Assembly (NCBI GenBank): GCA_018649885.1
Contig: JABIHA010000080.1
Span: 46,621-66,620 of the forward strand
Reading direction: 5' to 3'
Source: Bacteriovoracaceae bacterium
Lineage (GTDB): Bacteria; Bdellovibrionota; Bacteriovoracia; Bacteriovoracales; Bacteriovoracaceae
Length of the DNA: 20,000 nt
In this document: one piece after another, positions 16,572-20,000 of the stretch
Layout: every line of letters starts with the position of its first letter
Position numbering within the stretch: the stretch's first letter is position 1
The notes under the pieces: generated by a model
Databases searched by the model: none
Told to the model about the DNA's origin: nothing
Seen by the model: the letters and a program-made list of their open reading frames with translations, nothing else
Program-made: the position numbers and the translations under genes

Positions 16572-18425
16572 ATGACTACAAAGTTTAGCGGTGCAAAAGT
16601 TTCAAACAAAAAAATCAAGACTAAAAGTCAATGGAATTACTCTGCATTTAATAAAATTGATGGATCGCATCCTTACCGAGATCAAGTGGAAGGCGGGCAC
16701 ATCGGCTATGATGCAAGGCTAAAGCCTGGGGGTAGTATTCTCTACTTTAATTTTGATTTGGCCCGCGAGATGGGGCTTATTCCAAAGGGTCACCCTGAAA
16801 AAATGAGCAAAAAACTTGAGCGTGTTTTGCTTGAGACATTTGGTATCCAAATAATTAATGAGTACGACATCGAAAGTGGTGTGGAAATAGATAAAAGCCA
16901 AATTAAATCAAAGAAATATATGGCCACACGTTATCTGCAACTACAACACCCAAAAAAAGATGGAAGCACATCAGGAGATGGAAGATCTATTTGGAATGGA
17001 CATTTTTCCAATGGTCGAACTACCTGGGATATATCAAGTTGTGGTACTGGAGCGACGAAACTCAGTCCAGCAACTGCTATCCAAGGACGTTACTTTGAAA
17101 CAGGGGACCCCACAATTTCCTATGGGTGTGGACTCGCCGACCTAAGCGATGGTCTTAGTGGAGCAATTTTAAGTGAAATTTTTCATAATAATGGAATAAA
17201 AACTGAGAGGACGCTTGCCTTAATAGAGTACAAAGGTGGTCTTTCTATAAATATTCGAGCTGGTCTTAATTTACTTAGGCCCAGTCATTTTTTCATGTTT
17301 TTAAAACAATCCAATTATCAGTCTCTAAAATCGTCAGTGGATTTATTTATTGAAAGACAAGCTTCAAATGGTGATTTTGATAAGTCGTGTTGCCGGAAAA
17401 ACAAATATGATTATTTTTTGAGACAAATGATAGATTCTTTTGCAGAAATTTGTGCAAAATTTGAAAGTGAATATATCTTTTGTTGGCTTGATTGGGATGG
17501 TGACAATATCCTCGCAGATGGTGGGATTATTGACTATGGAAGTGTAAGACAATTTGGATTATTTCATCATGAGTACAGGTATGATGATGTAGAGAGATGG
17601 TCTACTACTTTGACAGAACAAAAACAAAAGACAAAGCATATCTGTCAAACTTTTGTTCAACTTGTAGATTACCTAAAAACTGGAAAGAAGAAACCTTGGA
17701 AGACTTTTTCTGACAATGAAGAGTTAAAAAAATTCGATACTTTATATTTTCAATATAAGAAGCAGTTTTTACTCGAAAAAATAGGATTTAAAAAGACACA
17801 CATTACATATTTACTTAGATACCACGATAAAAAAGTGGAAAGGTTTTATAAGGTTTTTAGGCTATTCGAAAAATCCAAATCAGATGAGGGGAAAATTAAA
17901 ATTTCTGATGGAGTCACTCATAATGCAATTTTTTGTATGAGAGATATACTGAGAAGTCTTCCCCATATGATAGCTACAAATGATCTTTTTCCAGAAACAT
18001 TTATGGATACTATGAGGTCACAGTATGCCACTGATGCTGATGCACACTTATCAGCTCATAGAGTTCAAAAAATTGAGCAATTTACCAGATACTATATAAG
18101 TCTTCTGGATCTTATATCAAATCATTTTAAAATCTCAGAAAGTCAGCTGCTTAAAGAGTTGGGAATGAGGGCCTCTATTATCAATCGATATGATAGAGTG
18201 ACAGGAGACGCTATAATACTAGTAAGTGATCATCTCCTCAAAAAGAGAAAAAAAGTAAAAGTCGATGACTTTTACAAATTAGTTAGAAAGTTTATTAATT
18301 ATCAAACTCTTATACCAACGATGGGTCGCCGGTCAGAGGAAGCAGCTTCCTTTAAAAGAAAAGACCTGCAGGGTATATTTGGTGCAATTACAAAAATAGT
18401 CCGAAATTTGAGAGAAGGTATATAA
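16572..18425 (+). CDS. Divergent SelO/YdiU (UPF0061) family kinase-like protein
   Basis: Collinear SelO-like motifs: FNFDLAREMGL, SGDGRS, GTGAT-x-LS, GIKTERTLALI, IRAGLNLLRPSHF, DNIL and IIDYG. Several canonical residues are substituted. Confidence 0.72.
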   Translation: MTTKFSGAKVSNKKIKTKSQWNYSAFNKIDGSHPYRDQVEGGHIGYDARLKPGGSILYFNFDLAREMGLIPKGHPEKMSKKLERVLLETFGIQIINEYDIESGVEIDKSQIKSKKYMATRYLQLQHPKKDGSTSGDGRSIWNGHFSNGRTTWDISSCGTGATKLSPATAIQGRYFETGDPTISYGCGLADLSDGLSGAILSEIFHNNGIKTERTLALIEYKGGLSINIRAGLNLLRPSHFFMFLKQSNYQSLKSSVDLFIERQASNGDFDKSCCRKNKYDYFLRQMIDSFAEICAKFESEYIFCWLDWDGDNILADGGIIDYGSVRQFGLFHHEYRYDDVERWSTTLTEQKQKTKHICQTFVQLVDYLKTGKKKPWKTFSDNEELKKFDTLYFQYKKQFLLEKIGFKKTHITYLLRYHDKKVERFYKVFRLFEKSKSDEGKIKISDGVTHNAIFCMRDILRSLPHMIATNDLFPETFMDTMRSQYATDADAHLSAHRVQKIEQFTRYYISLLDLISNHFKISESQLLKELGMRASIINRYDRVTGDAIILVSDHLLKKRKKVKVDDFYKLVRKFINYQTLIPTMGRRSEEAASFKRKDLQGIFGAITKIVRNLREGI

Positions 18426-18437
18426 CCATACTGTTAG

Positions 18438-19112
18438 GTGGAAATGAAGCTCGTTTTGTATAGTGGGGGGAATAACCTCGAAAATTTTGAAATGGATACA
18501 GAACTTAAAGCGCTCTTTACTAAAGAAAATCCAAGCATTACCTTTATTCCTTCATCCTTTGATGATGCCTCTGAAGATTTTGATGAATTTTGCAGTTACT
18601 ACGAAAAGTATCATTTTACTGATTTTTCTATTTTTCCACTTGATGTACCGTTCAATGAAAACTCCCTAGATAAAATTTTTAAAAGGGATATGATTTATCT
18701 GGCAGGTGGAAATACCTATTACTTTTTGAAATACCTCAGAAAGAGTGGATTCAAAAATCGCATAGGACATTTTCTTAGAAGGGGAGGCATATTAGTCGGA
18801 CAATCGGCCGGTGCTATTGTGATGACTCCCAATATTTTAACTGCAGGTTTTCCCTCATTCGATAAAGATGAAAATGAAGTGAAAATCAAAAACCTTACAG
18901 GGTTTAAGTTAGTGAATTTTGAGTTTTTCCCACATTATATTCATTCAAGAAGGTATATTGATGAGCTGCAAAGGTACTCAAGGATTTCAAAGAATCCCGT
19001 ACTTGCATGCTATGATGGATCGGGAGTTGTGATAAATGGTCAAAGGACAACATTTGTTGGAAAGGTCTATCTCTTCCATGGTGGCATTGTTTCAAAATTA
19101 TCAAACGCATAA
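18438..19112 (+). CDS. Peptidase S51 (dipeptidase E-like, class I glutamine-amidotransferase-like fold)
   Basis: ITFIPSS, IYLAGGNT, nucleophile GQSAGA and FFPHY; starts 12 nt after the SelO-like gene. The true start may be ATG 18444. Confidence 0.88.
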   Translation: MEMKLVLYSGGNNLENFEMDTELKALFTKENPSITFIPSSFDDASEDFDEFCSYYEKYHFTDFSIFPLDVPFNENSLDKIFKRDMIYLAGGNTYYFLKYLRKSGFKNRIGHFLRRGGILVGQSAGAIVMTPNILTAGFPSFDKDENEVKIKNLTGFKLVNFEFFPHYIHSRRYIDELQRYSRISKNPVLACYDGSGVVINGQRTTFVGKVYLFHGGIVSKLSNA

Positions 19113-19317
19113 GGTGTGAAATCTTTATCATTTAAGCTCAAATTTTAATCATTTGATTTGCCGGATCGGTAATCACAGTAAAATTTGCATTTTAAGCGTT
19201 CAGTGAAATATAGAATGAGTTTGCATTAATTGATAGAAACTGCCCCCCATGCTTGGGTTGTTCACAGCGCTCTCTAATCCTCATAAGCTCACCGAACTAT
19301 CCAGCGCCGCCCAGGTT

Positions 19318-19474
19318 CCACCACCTTTAAGATAGGCCATACGATGGATATCAGGAATTAATGGTTTCTTAGGTCGAAAAGGAGACAAAGATCCTGGAAT
19401 TATCACTTTTTTGATAGGATGGTGCCAACTTATGTCTGGAGTCGAAATTTACAGTTTTATTGGCAAGGCATGAG
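19318..19474 (+). pseudogene. Remnant of an IS4-family (IS50/Tn5-like) transposase, C-terminal dimerisation domain
   Basis: Hand translation PPPLR*AIRWISGINGFLGRKGDKDPGIITFLIGWCQLMSGVEIYSFIGKA* fits the pattern PP-x-L..A..WIA.LGGFLGRK.DG.PG..TLW.GW..L. In-frame TAG at 19333-19335; no catalytic domain upstream. Confidence 0.8.
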
Positions 19475-20000
19475 AGCGAGGAGAGATTTTTAATGCAGGA
19501 GTTTCGGAATTATTTAAAGAAAAAACCTGGCTGATTTGCTAAAAAGTCCATAAACTTGAAGTGAATTCAAGTATGTGAGACTTGGACATAATCCATTTTC
19601 AAATAATAATTATAATTTTTGGATACTGAATAGAATTAGATCTCTCAAATACATTTAAAAACTGCTTTAACGTAAACCTCTATGTGCTATTTGTATTCAA
19701 GCATATATAGGCCATGAACTGTCTTCGCATACCATTTCCTGAGGTAAAGCTGACTGTCAACAAAGACCTAGGTCAACACTTGGAACCTGTTTAAAGCTTG
19801 TGAGCCCAGCTGCAGTAAATAACTTTTATTTATCCTGCATCTGAAAATCAAAATAAAAGCGTAACTACTCAATAAACTGAGGTTTTCTCTTTTTTGGGCC
19901 CTGTACCTAGGCCAACCAATATTAATCATTTAATATATCTTCATGTCTGAAAATGATTTCAAAAGCTTAGGCCAAAAGCTAATTGATATGTGGTCACCTA

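Noticed and set aside
1..20000. CRISPR array, tRNA, rRNA or intact mobile element
   Set aside because: No regularly spaced direct repeats, cloverleaf or rRNA signatures, and no intact transposase or integrase ORFs were seen by eye.

Overview
Bacterial chromosomal window. The gene content (DUF3015/DUF4105 pair, orphan CheY-like protein, type-2 IleRS) is suggestive of a Bdellovibrionota/Bacteriovorax-like organism, but that is inference only. The left 6.6 kb is a tightly packed minus-strand lysine (diaminopimelate) operon, asd-lysC-dapB-dapA-dapD-lysA-like, preceded by a clear lysine riboswitch. It continues directly into an M14/AstE-AspA-type zinc desuccinylase gene that runs off the left edge and is missing from the ORF track; no dapC, dapE or dapF is visible. 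The middle holds a divergent CheY-like response regulator, a small hypothetical protein, a DUF3015-DUF4105 (Lnb-like)-alpha/beta-hydrolase lipoprotein cluster, ileS (type 2), a probable secreted beta-rich protein and a secreted beta-helix protein. The more AT-rich right end carries a strongly divergent SelO/YdiU-like protein paired with an S51 peptidase, then a decayed IS4-family (IS50/Tn5-like) transposase fragment. All family calls come from reading motifs by eye; no database searches were run.
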